Translations under genes and position numbers: made by a program
DNA from: a candidate division WWE3 bacterium
GTDB taxonomy: Bacteria; Patescibacteriota; WWE3; UBA101185; UBA10185
Direction: 5' to 3'
DNA length: 64,000 nt
Assembly: GCA_003599255.1 (NCBI GenBank)
Contig: QZJF01000017.1
Coordinates: 35,940-99,939, forward strand
Shown: positions 19,598 through 29,014 of the stretch, in pieces
How the letters are laid out: each line of letters opens with the position of its first letter
Position numbering within the stretch: the stretch's first letter is position 1
Notes under the pieces: generated by a model
The model's input: only the letters and a program-made list of their open reading frames with translations
Database searches by the model: none
What the model was told of the DNA's origin: nothing

Positions 19598-19695
19598 TTT
19601 TAATATTAAAGAAGTACAAGTAAAGTATAGCTAGTACAGAATCATTTAGCAATGATTCTTCCGAACAAGCTGAATCTATTATAGAATAGAAGCAT

Positions 19696-22600
19696 ATGGC
19701 AGACAATCCTTTTTATCCCGGATATAAACCGGAGCCCTGGGAACAAAAACCCTCGGAATTCTATCCCGGTTATTTCCCGGGAGCACCTCAACCCAGAAAG
19801 GGATACATTCCCCCTAATATAGGTCCGCTTCCTTATAACTTTGATAGTGTTCTAAAAGAGATCGATATGATTCAGGGGAATGTCGATCTTATGACCTCTG
19901 ATCTTCCTAAATGGGTGTATGAACGCGCCGTCGACGACTTCAAAAGATCCCTGCAGGTTACTATGAAAACCGCAGATATTAAGCCCGAAGAGCTGGATGA
20001 CTTCGATGCTGAATCAATACCGGGTGCATTTAATATAGGGGTGAGTTTGAATCCCATGGATTGGTGGAAAGATCCGGCGGGACAGGCTCAAAAAACGGTT
20101 AAAAACTGGGCAAAGGAAGCCTTTTCATGGAAAGACATAGACACTCGATTCAGAAGGGACCTATGGAGCCAAATATTGGACGAAAAACCAAACTATACCT
20201 TTATAGGTTCAAAAGAAGCGGCAGATGCACTGATGGAAAGGGTTGGTAGACGTCCCGCGGGCGCAGGTACGCCGTCAATCTCCGCACCGGGGGAAAATCC
20301 ACTGGCACTCAGAGGACTTGGTGTCATGGCTTACGATCCGGATACAAGTGGAAGGTCACAGAGGCAATATTTTGACTTCGCTATTGAAAGAGATACCGCA
20401 GGTCACGTTAAAAGGGAAAATAGAATTTTTGTAGACCCCTCCGGTGCTGCTGTGGTGAGAAGAGTACCGAAAAAGTCGGCGACAGATGTTGACGTTTACC
20501 GTCAAAGCGGGAGATATGACGCTTACGGCAAGCTGGCAAGTTCGGTAATCGAGTTTGAAACAAAATCAGGGTATGCAGCAAGTCGTCAAAATGCATACAC
20601 CGATGTACTTAGAGACACAGTACATGCTATTGACGCGGATCTTGGGCAAGCAAAGTACCGTAATGTTATTAATGCCGACGTTGACAGAAAGAGAGCATAC
20701 GATATCTTCAGATCCCAGGCCGACACTCTAGCAGACATGGAAGTATTACAAAAAAGGTTTGGAAAAGCGGTCTCCGATATAAAGGAGGGAACACTTCTTA
20801 ATTCAGACCGCACAGACTGGGACCGCTGGGATTCTATAAATGAGCAGCTTGATAAATCTCTTGCAAATATTGAAACAAGCTACGGAGTGGGGGGAAAGAT
20901 TGACCTTGTGGACAGAAAAGAAGCGGAGAAGATGCGCCATTTTATAGATCCTTATAAGCAGCATCTTGAACAAATGCGTGATCAGGAGCTGTTGCAAATT
21001 GCAAGGGAGAGAAAACGCCTTTTAACGGAAAAGGAACGCTCCCTTCCGGCACAGCTGCGTGCCGGTACCATAACGCAGGATCAGTTTGACACCCAGATCA
21101 AATCAGTCAATGACAGACTTAACGATATTCACCGCACCGCCTCACAAGGAAAAAGGACTCACGCCAGAAACCTTACCAGCTTGGGAAGAGGCCCTTTTAA
21201 CGGCAGAGGGTATCTTTATAACAACTCTTATATAGAGGTTTACGAGCGCAGACTCCTAGAAGAAGTCGTAACAGTTGACTTCTTACGCCCCAGAGCAAGA
21301 GGTAAAAACAAAAGGATTGGAGATGTAATAGCGGAAGTACCCGGAACGCACGCCTCAAGAGCTATTGGGGTTTTGAACAGAATTGAATATGAAAATCAGG
21401 TAATGGCCATAGATGAGGTGTTTGATGCGTTGACCGAAGGAAAATTCCTAGAGAGATATGTCTGGAACAAGGTTAAAACCTATATTGAGCCCCTCACCCC
21501 GGCATATTGGACAAACAAGGCTTTGGATGGTGTGCATTACTTTGGGTTGAAATTAGGTAAGGACGTTGACTTTGAAAAAACATGGCTTGGCAATATTGCC
21601 GGCACCGGTCGTGCGGCAGGGTCTTATGCCGCTCTGTCTAAAAACCAGTTACAACTTTCCAGAGACATAATCGCAACCCAAAGTGAGTTGAAAAAAGCAG
21701 GGCTTTCGGCCGCAAATAGAGCCAAGTTGAATAGCGATTTAGCGACATTACAGACAAACCTGACATCCGTTCGGGGAAGAATAGACGCACTAAGCGAAAA
21801 AGGTCCCGGTAAATTCTGGGGTAACTGGTTCAACATGGAATTTGACGGAGGTCACCCAAATAGACGGGGACAAGTGGATGCATTTGTATCAAACGTACGA
21901 ATCAGTGGGAGATTTTACGGAGGCGCTCATTTCGCAAGTATAGGGGGTCTGGCTCAGTTAAGAGGCATGGTTCACTCAGGGGAATGGACTCCTGAAGCTC
22001 TAGCTTATTTTATAAAAAATGTAGATCACACAGGTTTGGCGAATCCGGCGTTTTTACAGCGTTTAATGGCTCTCAATGGAAATCGGGCTATCGTTCTTCC
22101 GCCCGGAATCAATGCTGAGGAATTTGCGAATCAAGTTATCAACCTCAGGCAATGGGTTCTAAAAAACAGAAAGAATTTCAGTTCCAACGTAAACATGGAT
22201 TCGGATGCCTTCTGGCTCGGTTTTGTGGATATGGTAGCCCACAAGATGAAGGACCCGGATTTCAAATTAATTGGAATCACCAAGAGATATGCAGGATTGT
22301 TTGAAAAACTGTGGAATAAACTGAACGAATTCCAAACAATGCTTTTCACCAAGTTCGGTAAAGTGTTGGCACCTCTTTCTTATATTAAGACGTTTATTGC
22401 CGAAAAAATAGCCGATATGATACCCAAACTGCTATCACTAATAGCTGGCGGTGCCTCCGGAGGAACTCTCGCTATTGTTACAGAAACCTTGGGGCGTGTG
22501 CTTAGACCCATCATACGTTTTGTCGTAAGAAAAACTCTGGATTTCGCACAAAACTTCGTTGGCGGGCTGATACGAGGAGATTTCTTTAAGGCTTTTGCTG

Positions 22601-23382
22601 AACTGGAAAAACAAGTTCAAGCGTTTATGAGAGCCATGTTGATGGTTTCCGCGGTACCTATGCTCATCATTCTTGTACTTACAACAGCTTTTTTTGGATC
22701 ATCGTCTACAACCATTTCCCCGGTAGATCCTACTAGAAGTCCTGGAACAATAGACGCTTTTGAGACATGGACAGCGGGCGGAGGTGGGAGCATGATAGAA
22801 ATCTTGAATCCAACATCAAGGCCATCTACCACCAGCTGTTTCGAATTTGTAGATGCTCCGGGATCCACAATTGGTCAACACCCTATCGGTACTTGGCCTA
22901 CCTACGAAGTCGATGCCCTCAATGCTGCAATTGTCGAGCTTCAAGCAGTTTCAGGTGGTTATCTGGACAGATTGTGTGCAGCCGGGACCATTGAACTTTA
23001 TTGGGCTCCGTGGGATCCCGGTTGGTGCGGACACGTGTTTGGGAGCATAATAGTATTTACGGACACTTGTTCTTATAGCAGAGCGTATTACAATGCGTAT
23101 CTGTTCGCACACGAAACAGGACACGTTTACAATAACAGAGTCGGATGGGATTCTGTTCCGGGATTAATTCAGTTTGCGGAAGTTGACGACCGCGACGGCG
23201 GAACACTGCCTACCTACCCTGGCGACTGTAGTACCAGTAACACTTCCGGAGAAGATTTTGCAGAAACAATAGGAAATTGGGTCAGAATTAATACTTTTGA
23301 TTGCGCGGGAATAGACGCCACACTTTGGGGACAATTCCCGGCACACTTTGAATTTGCAGACGAAGTATTAACCAGACCTTAG
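19696..23382 (+). CDS. large bitopic protein (1228 aa) with Pro-rich cytoplasmic N-terminus, single TM, and extracellular HExxH zinc-metallopeptidase-like domain
   Basis: No signal peptide and an N-terminal PGY/PxP-rich region. A TM helix near residue 960 (AMLMVSAVPMLIILVLTTAFF). The C-terminal domain has AHETGH and a later Glu-rich EDFAE. No Walker A was found. Confidence 0.45.
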   Translation: MADNPFYPGYKPEPWEQKPSEFYPGYFPGAPQPRKGYIPPNIGPLPYNFDSVLKEIDMIQGNVDLMTSDLPKWVYERAVDDFKRSLQVTMKTADIKPEELDDFDAESIPGAFNIGVSLNPMDWWKDPAGQAQKTVKNWAKEAFSWKDIDTRFRRDLWSQILDEKPNYTFIGSKEAADALMERVGRRPAGAGTPSISAPGENPLALRGLGVMAYDPDTSGRSQRQYFDFAIERDTAGHVKRENRIFVDPSGAAVVRRVPKKSATDVDVYRQSGRYDAYGKLASSVIEFETKSGYAASRQNAYTDVLRDTVHAIDADLGQAKYRNVINADVDRKRAYDIFRSQADTLADMEVLQKRFGKAVSDIKEGTLLNSDRTDWDRWDSINEQLDKSLANIETSYGVGGKIDLVDRKEAEKMRHFIDPYKQHLEQMRDQELLQIARERKRLLTEKERSLPAQLRAGTITQDQFDTQIKSVNDRLNDIHRTASQGKRTHARNLTSLGRGPFNGRGYLYNNSYIEVYERRLLEEVVTVDFLRPRARGKNKRIGDVIAEVPGTHASRAIGVLNRIEYENQVMAIDEVFDALTEGKFLERYVWNKVKTYIEPLTPAYWTNKALDGVHYFGLKLGKDVDFEKTWLGNIAGTGRAAGSYAALSKNQLQLSRDIIATQSELKKAGLSAANRAKLNSDLATLQTNLTSVRGRIDALSEKGPGKFWGNWFNMEFDGGHPNRRGQVDAFVSNVRISGRFYGGAHFASIGGLAQLRGMVHSGEWTPEALAYFIKNVDHTGLANPAFLQRLMALNGNRAIVLPPGINAEEFANQVINLRQWVLKNRKNFSSNVNMDSDAFWLGFVDMVAHKMKDPDFKLIGITKRYAGLFEKLWNKLNEFQTMLFTKFGKVLAPLSYIKTFIAEKIADMIPKLLSLIAGGASGGTLAIVTETLGRVLRPIIRFVVRKTLDFAQNFVGGLIRGDFFKAFAELEKQVQAFMRAMLMVSAVPMLIILVLTTAFFGSSSTTISPVDPTRSPGTIDAFETWTAGGGGSMIEILNPTSRPSTTSCFEFVDAPGSTIGQHPIGTWPTYEVDALNAAIVELQAVSGGYLDRLCAAGTIELYWAPWDPGWCGHVFGSIIVFTDTCSYSRAYYNAYLFAHETGHVYNNRVGWDSVPGLIQFAEVDDRDGGTLPTYPGDCSTSNTSGEDFAETIGNWVRINTFDCAGIDATLWGQFPAHFEFADEVLTRP

Positions 23383-23396
23383 TATATAATTAAAAT

Positions 23397-24038
23397 ATGA
23401 ACATAAGCAGGTTTATAAGTTTCAACGACGCCAAGACAAGAAAAAGAGCCGTGGGTGTGATATTTATGGCAATAGTACTGTTATTGATAATTTTGGTCTC
23501 AGATCCCCAACCTCAACAACCTACAACCGATACAGACGTTCCCGGCGAAAGTCCTGCTGTTGTTCAGGACTACGAGAGCCCAAATGCGTGGAACGGTATA
23601 AAACCTGGTACTCATAAAATCACCGATGTGGCGAATTTCTTTGGAACTGAAATACGCGACGATTATCAAGGGGATGGCAAGACAAAATATTTATATGATT
23701 ACTACGGTAAGGGAGGCCATCCGATGGAAGTCATAACCGATTATGTGGGAACTATTGAATACATGCGTGTTCCGTTAAATGAAACTAAAGTAGGTAGTCT
23801 GGACACGTACAGAGAAAGTCTCAAGCTCGGCGTAGCGGACATGGAATTGTATAAAATTGGTGAGCCTGAAGGCATCAAAGTATATGTTTTTCTTGAGGAG
23901 GGCGTAGCATTCGAAGCAAATCAGTATGTAAGGGAAACATACGCCATCAGATTTTTTGTCCCTACTGATAAAGATACATTTTTAAGATTATACGGCAGAG
24001 ATTTATCCGAAAATATTGAGGACGCTTCAAAATTTTAG
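23397..24038 (+). CDS. N-terminally membrane-anchored hypothetical protein
   Basis: 213 aa, TM helix AVGVIFMAIVLLLIILV, then a Pro/Gln-rich linker and a soluble domain. It starts 15 nt after the 1228-aa gene. Confidence 0.4.
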   Translation: MNISRFISFNDAKTRKRAVGVIFMAIVLLLIILVSDPQPQQPTTDTDVPGESPAVVQDYESPNAWNGIKPGTHKITDVANFFGTEIRDDYQGDGKTKYLYDYYGKGGHPMEVITDYVGTIEYMRVPLNETKVGSLDTYRESLKLGVADMELYKIGEPEGIKVYVFLEEGVAFEANQYVRETYAIRFFVPTDKDTFLRLYGRDLSENIEDASKF

Positions 24039-24502
24039 TTTTGATAGTTGGTAATTTCCGCAGCATCGAGGAAATTAATGAGACCAAGTTCTATTCTGTC
24101 CAAAAGGAAATTAGGTGAAAGTATTGAACCAAAACCCACAAGATTGGCGATTATCATAAAAAGGGCAAAAAATCCTGCAACAACTAAAGCTCCTATCAAT
24201 GCATATGTCCATGTCTTTTGAGCACCCTGAAAACCCTTGGGATCCCCAAGAGCCATCGATAACTTTATAGCACTGTACGCGACTACAAAGATAAATACTA
24301 AACCTACCAAAAGAACCGCAACGTTTAGAAGTCGGGCAATCATGCAGACTATTGCTAAAGGACTTGGAGCTTCTCCGGCCGCTACCTGTGAGTCAAAATT
24401 GGCACAATTGTATGTGAGTGCATACGCCGGAGCTGATCCAAAAGTCAGGACCAGAACAAAAAATAATATTGAAAATAGCCTATTAAAATCCCGGATCTTC
24501 AT
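24035..24502 (-). CDS. VirB2/TrbC-like pilin-family protein (paralog 1)
   Basis: Signal peptide, then a two-helix hairpin with the connecting loop motif LGDPKGFQGAQK that it shares with the neighbouring paralogs. Confidence 0.45.
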   Translation of the reverse strand: MKIRDFNRLFSILFFVLVLTFGSAPAYALTYNCANFDSQVAAGEAPSPLAIVCMIARLLNVAVLLVGLVFIFVVAYSAIKLSMALGDPKGFQGAQKTWTYALIGALVVAGFFALFMIIANLVGFGSILSPNFLLDRIELGLINFLDAAEITNYQN

Positions 24503-24836
24503 TTATTAATCCATTGGCGTTGGCGCCAAAACTTCTAAACACAATAGTCTTAATGGCAACTGCCATTAAAGAAAGCATAATACCAAGAATACTCCAGAAG
24601 GCTGCGTCGCGAGCCTTTTCTATAGCCTTGGGATCGCCCTTGGTCATAAGAAACTGAATAAATGCCCATGCCAAGCCTATTGTTGAAACACTAAAGCCCA
24701 ATCCAATAAAAATATTCACAATGAGAGAAGCTATAGAATAGATGTCCGTAAATTGCGTTGCCCTTTCTCCCGGAGGAGCAGCACTTGTGAGGGCATTTTC
24801 TAGTTCATTAAACATACTTTCCTTTATGTATTCCAA
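24483..24836 (-). CDS. VirB2/TrbC-like pilin-family protein (paralog 2)
   Basis: 117 aa with two hydrophobic helices separated by a TKGDPKAIEKA loop. Confidence 0.5.
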   Translation of the reverse strand: MEYIKESMFNELENALTSAAPPGERATQFTDIYSIASLIVNIFIGLGFSVSTIGLAWAFIQFLMTKGDPKAIEKARDAAFWSILGIMLSLMAVAIKTIVFRSFGANANGLINEDPGF

Positions 24837-24901
24837 AGGGCCTGAGCATGCCCAGGCCCCGTGTTAAATAGTCTAAAACTATTATGCACACAATGGTGAC
24901 G

Positions 24902-25234
24902 TTAGATGGTAACGTTAGTACCAACGTTAACGTTGTTACCACCGGTGAACTGAGTTATAACAGCTCTCAGTACGAATACCAAGAACAGACCAACTCCTCC
25001 GACGACTGCGTAAGTAACCCATTTCTGGGCCTTTTCAACACCCGCCTTATCACCCTGCGACATAATATACTGAATGAAACCGAGGGCAAGCATTATAAGT
25101 ACTAAGGCGAAACCCACACCAAGGACTAAGTTTAATATGAAGGCCAACAACTCCGCCAGCGAGCCTATTCTTCCTCCTAAAGGATCGCTTACAGAAGTAT
25201 CAACCTGTGCGTATACTCTTTGTAATAATTGCAT
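24902..25234 (-). CDS. VirB2/TrbC-like pilin-family protein (paralog 3)
   Basis: 110 aa with two hydrophobic helices separated by an SQGDKAGVEKAQ loop, followed by a Gly/Asn/Val-rich C-terminal tail. Confidence 0.5.
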   Translation of the reverse strand: MQLLQRVYAQVDTSVSDPLGGRIGSLAELLAFILNLVLGVGFALVLIMLALGFIQYIMSQGDKAGVEKAQKWVTYAVVGGVGLFLVFVLRAVITQFTGGNNVNVGTNVTI

Positions 25235-25268
25235 ATGTTTAAGTTTTTATCTATTCACCTCCCTTACA

Positions 25269-27080
25269 TTAAAACCCAACTGATACACCTAGTATCGACC
25301 TAATTATAACCCGTAAAATCGCTACAGACAACAGAATGAAGAATGTACCGATGATTGCGGCTGTCAGCTCTTCCTGACCGTCTTTGACTTTTTGCGGGTT
25401 TCCTTCGCTGGTCATTAGGGTATAGCCTGCTTTCACTATAAAGGCTATGCCTATGAACAACGCGATCGGAAATAGAAGGGTATATAGCCGCGAGATTAAA
25501 TCATGGAATTCGATAATAGGACCTGTGTAGGCAGCGACGATTACTGTAGGATTGCAAGCACCTGTAGGATCTGGAACACAATAGCCGGATTGGCAGACAT
25601 ATCCTGATGTACCCGAGCAACACCCGGTTCCAGTGCACTGCGTTCCTGTTGTGTTGATAATACACTCTCTAGGAAGAGTAGTTGAGCAGGTCCAGTTCGG
25701 GTGCGTGGTGGGACAACAGTCTGCGGGACCTGAACAGGGGTCGCCCAGACTGGCAGTACAAGTGGCAGTCTCACAAATATACTCCGGTCCATAGTATACG
25801 CAGCTATAATCCGCACCAGTGTCACAACACGGGTCCCCTGTAGGCGTACAAAGGTTACCCGGTGCTTCACACGCACCTGTGGGCTGACAAGTAGGTGGCG
25901 CAAGAGTTGAGTCGCACGTATAAACAACCCCGCTCACATCACAACACTCCGCATCGGGATCCGGATTGGAAGAATCACAAACAGGATCGCTGGGCAGACT
26001 GCATAATGAATTGGGATCAAGGCAATTAAAGGTACCGTCATTTTCAGGATCCAAGCACTGGTCGGTTGTAATTTCGCATACACAGGAGCCGTCTACCCCG
26101 GAGCACGCGCCACCAGTAGGCACTCCTAGGCAACGCTTAATGCCGGAAGCATCAAAGTCACACACCCCACTACCACATTGACTATTCAGCCAGCATAACT
26201 CACCGTTGGAAGCTAACCCGCCACACTGATTGATCGGGGGGGCATCCATACATCCAGCTGTAGTGGTGCCTGTCAGCAAATTCTGGGCTGTCTCGTACAT
26301 ACCATCAATACACTGAATGGCACTCGTAGTATCGTTACAGCAGAGAACGCCCAGCGAGTCACTGCAAAGCGTTGGAGGGTCGCTGACGGGACTTGGCGTA
26401 CTGCCTCCGGCACACTGCCCACACTCCCCGGTCGTGGCACTGTTAGTATAAATACACTCTTGTGACGGACTAGCTCCTGTAACCTGTTCGCAACAGGCCA
26501 TGGTACCGGGAGGATCGCTAGCAGGTGGCGGAGTGTTGTCACAGGCCCCGCCAGGTCCGGTACAGCAGGCACCATCCGGATTATAGGCACACCAAAGCTC
26601 GTAACAAGTTGGGGCAAAGCCATTATTTCTGCCCATCATTCTGAATCCTGCCGGACATAAATTATAATTCGGGCCCGCAGGGGGAACATCGCTTGCGTCT
26701 CCGTTCGAACAACTCGGTGCCAAAACTGTATCATCTACATCCCAATAGTTTGCTTCATGTAACCATCCCCACCCCGTCCAAGTAGCATCGGTGTGACACT
26801 CGTTACCAAACAAATTGGCAGGATCCGCACAAAAAGCCTTGTCTATCGCGTTATATCTTAAAAGTGCATCCGCATCAAAAGTGTAAGGACAGCAAGAAAA
26901 ATTTGAGGAAGCAGGACAACCAGCTGCCGCCCCTGTCTGTGAGGAACACTTTATCGCTTCGGGCTGACCTAAAAGTACCGAACACGAAACCGTTCCCGAC
27001 TGTGCATAAGACACATTAGAAAACAAAAGAATGGCAAAAGAAAATAAAAATATTAGCTTGAATGTTCGTACAAATTTCAT
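25269..27080 (-). CDS. extremely Cys-rich secreted protein with C-terminal pilin-like two-helix hairpin (pilin fusion; candidate tip/adhesin subunit)
   Basis: Signal peptide, then ~500 aa with very frequent Cys (many CxxC/CC/CxC), Gly, Thr and Pro. The C-terminal ~80 aa (IGIAFIVKAGYTLMTSEGNPQKVKDGQEELTAAIIGTFFILL) repeats the helix-GxP(K/Q)-helix motif of the adjacent pilin paralogs. Confidence 0.5.
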   Translation of the reverse strand: MKFVRTFKLIFLFSFAILLFSNVSYAQSGTVSCSVLLGQPEAIKCSSQTGAAAGCPASSNFSCCPYTFDADALLRYNAIDKAFCADPANLFGNECHTDATWTGWGWLHEANYWDVDDTVLAPSCSNGDASDVPPAGPNYNLCPAGFRMMGRNNGFAPTCYELWCAYNPDGACCTGPGGACDNTPPPASDPPGTMACCEQVTGASPSQECIYTNSATTGECGQCAGGSTPSPVSDPPTLCSDSLGVLCCNDTTSAIQCIDGMYETAQNLLTGTTTAGCMDAPPINQCGGLASNGELCWLNSQCGSGVCDFDASGIKRCLGVPTGGACSGVDGSCVCEITTDQCLDPENDGTFNCLDPNSLCSLPSDPVCDSSNPDPDAECCDVSGVVYTCDSTLAPPTCQPTGACEAPGNLCTPTGDPCCDTGADYSCVYYGPEYICETATCTASLGDPCSGPADCCPTTHPNWTCSTTLPRECIINTTGTQCTGTGCCSGTSGYVCQSGYCVPDPTGACNPTVIVAAYTGPIIEFHDLISRLYTLLFPIALFIGIAFIVKAGYTLMTSEGNPQKVKDGQEELTAAIIGTFFILLSVAILRVIIRSILGVSVGF

Positions 27081-27168
27081 CTACTATCAAATTATCGGGG
27101 TTAGACACACAACAGTCAAGTAAATCGGGTCTTCAGTCGGGACAATGTTTTGATATAATCAGTATTGC

Positions 27169-28977
27169 ATGAAAGGTAATATTGTCATACACAACCTGCT
27201 CAAGTCTTTTCTACTGCTGTCGCTTTTTTTTACAGCTTCATCCTTTCTCATTTCTAAAGCGGACGACCCCTGCAAAAACATTCAGGATCTTGATGACCGC
27301 GCTGCTTGTTACGAAAAAGAAATTGAAGAAAGAGAGGAAGAGTATCAATCCACGTCAAAAAAACTGTCTGAGGTCAGATCAAAGAAAAACGACATCTCCA
27401 GCAAAATAAATGAACTTGCGGGGCAATTGAACGTAACCCAGGCAGAGTTGAATGAAGTCGATAGTGATATTAAAAGCTTGCAGGCGGTTCTTGAGGAAAT
27501 TAACAAAAATCTTACCGACAGAAAGGACAAACTGTCAGAAAAGATTGCCCTTAGAAATCACGTTATAAGGAATTATTCAAAAAGAACCTTAATGAACGAC
27601 CTCGAACTTTTCTTTGGGGCAGGTATGGGAGATACAAAACTATCAGGATTTCAGCTATCGTATATGACCTACATGTTTAATAAGTCGGTGAGTGATGAAG
27701 CAATAAAATTGATTAAGGCACTAAATGCGGAAATTGGGAATTTTGAAAAAGATAAGGCGGAAGCTGAAAAATTAAAGGGGGAATTGGAGACAGAAAAGAA
27801 TAATCTTGTGGCACTAAAGAACGATCTTGATAACAGAAAAGCTAATGCACAGGGAGAATACAGTGAACTTGACGAAAAAGAAACCGGGTATGAAAGAGAC
27901 CTGGAGAACATTGAGGAAGAAATTGAAGATCTTTCCGAAAAACAACAGGCAATATTGAAAGCAAAGTATGGGGACGAAAACGGAACCGTAGGTGATTATG
28001 CGTCTCCCACGGCAAAAACACCAGACCCTCCCTTTAAACCAGCTTTTGCAGCATTCAGTTATGGGGCGTACACGCACTACAACGGAATGAGCCAATACGG
28101 TGCAAAAGGACGCGCCGAAGACGGTGACGATTACAAGGAGATTTTGGAATTTTATTACAAAACCGGAGTCGAAGAAAAAGACGGCTTTCCCGATTCAATA
28201 GAGGTACAAGGTCACGGAAAGATGGATTTCCAGAAATATCTATACGGTATAGCTGAAATGCCCGGCGACTGGCCCATGGATGCTCTAAAGGCGCAAGCAA
28301 TAGCTGCAAGAACTTATGCGTATAGATCAAACAAACCTATATGCACGACTCAATCCTGTCAGGTTTTCCTAAAGAGCAAATCGGATAACCCGCCCTCAAG
28401 ATGGAAACAGGCAGTTGATGATACTGAAGATAAAATACTTAAAGATCCCAAAACGTCCCAATACTCATCCACGACCGGAGGTTATATAAACAACGTAGGA
28501 TGGGATGCGGACGGAAAATGGCCGGGAGACGCATACGAAAAGAAAGCCGGATCTCCCTGGTTCTACAAAGCCTGGTACACAAAAAGCTACAACACCTCTG
28601 AAAGCTGCGGACATCCTCATCCATGGCTCACTGAAAAAGAGATGGCGGACATACTTAATGCCTGGGTCGTATGGAGAAAAGGATCTAACAGTGACAAGGA
28701 CAGAATTTCTCCTGTTACCACAAGCTGCTGGGGCGGCGATCCCTATTCTGTAGACAAAATGGCGGATAAGGCAGCAGAATTCGGTGAGAAATACACATCG
28801 GTCAGCAGCGTAGATGTGGACATAAGCAACGGCGGTTATACTTCCAAAGTCTACTTCCAGACAAATAGGGGAAGCGTCGCCATTGACGGAGATACTTTTA
28901 AAACAGTCTACAATCTAAGAGCCCCTGCATATATTTCAATTAAAAGCAGACTCTTTGATCTGGAAAGAAGAAACTAA
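27169..28977 (+). CDS. SpoIID/LytB-domain protein with N-terminal coiled coil
   Basis: Signal/anchor sequence, a ~250-aa heptad-rich charged region, then YLYGIAEMPGDWPMDALKAQAIAARTYA matching the SpoIID amidase-enhancer domain signature. Confidence 0.6.
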   Translation: MKGNIVIHNLLKSFLLLSLFFTASSFLISKADDPCKNIQDLDDRAACYEKEIEEREEEYQSTSKKLSEVRSKKNDISSKINELAGQLNVTQAELNEVDSDIKSLQAVLEEINKNLTDRKDKLSEKIALRNHVIRNYSKRTLMNDLELFFGAGMGDTKLSGFQLSYMTYMFNKSVSDEAIKLIKALNAEIGNFEKDKAEAEKLKGELETEKNNLVALKNDLDNRKANAQGEYSELDEKETGYERDLENIEEEIEDLSEKQQAILKAKYGDENGTVGDYASPTAKTPDPPFKPAFAAFSYGAYTHYNGMSQYGAKGRAEDGDDYKEILEFYYKTGVEEKDGFPDSIEVQGHGKMDFQKYLYGIAEMPGDWPMDALKAQAIAARTYAYRSNKPICTTQSCQVFLKSKSDNPPSRWKQAVDDTEDKILKDPKTSQYSSTTGGYINNVGWDADGKWPGDAYEKKAGSPWFYKAWYTKSYNTSESCGHPHPWLTEKEMADILNAWVVWRKGSNSDKDRISPVTTSCWGGDPYSVDKMADKAAEFGEKYTSVSSVDVDISNGGYTSKVYFQTNRGSVAIDGDTFKTVYNLRAPAYISIKSRLFDLERRN

Positions 28978-29014
28978 CTTTCAATAACTCTTATCTGCCT
29001 GTAAAATTCCAAGT

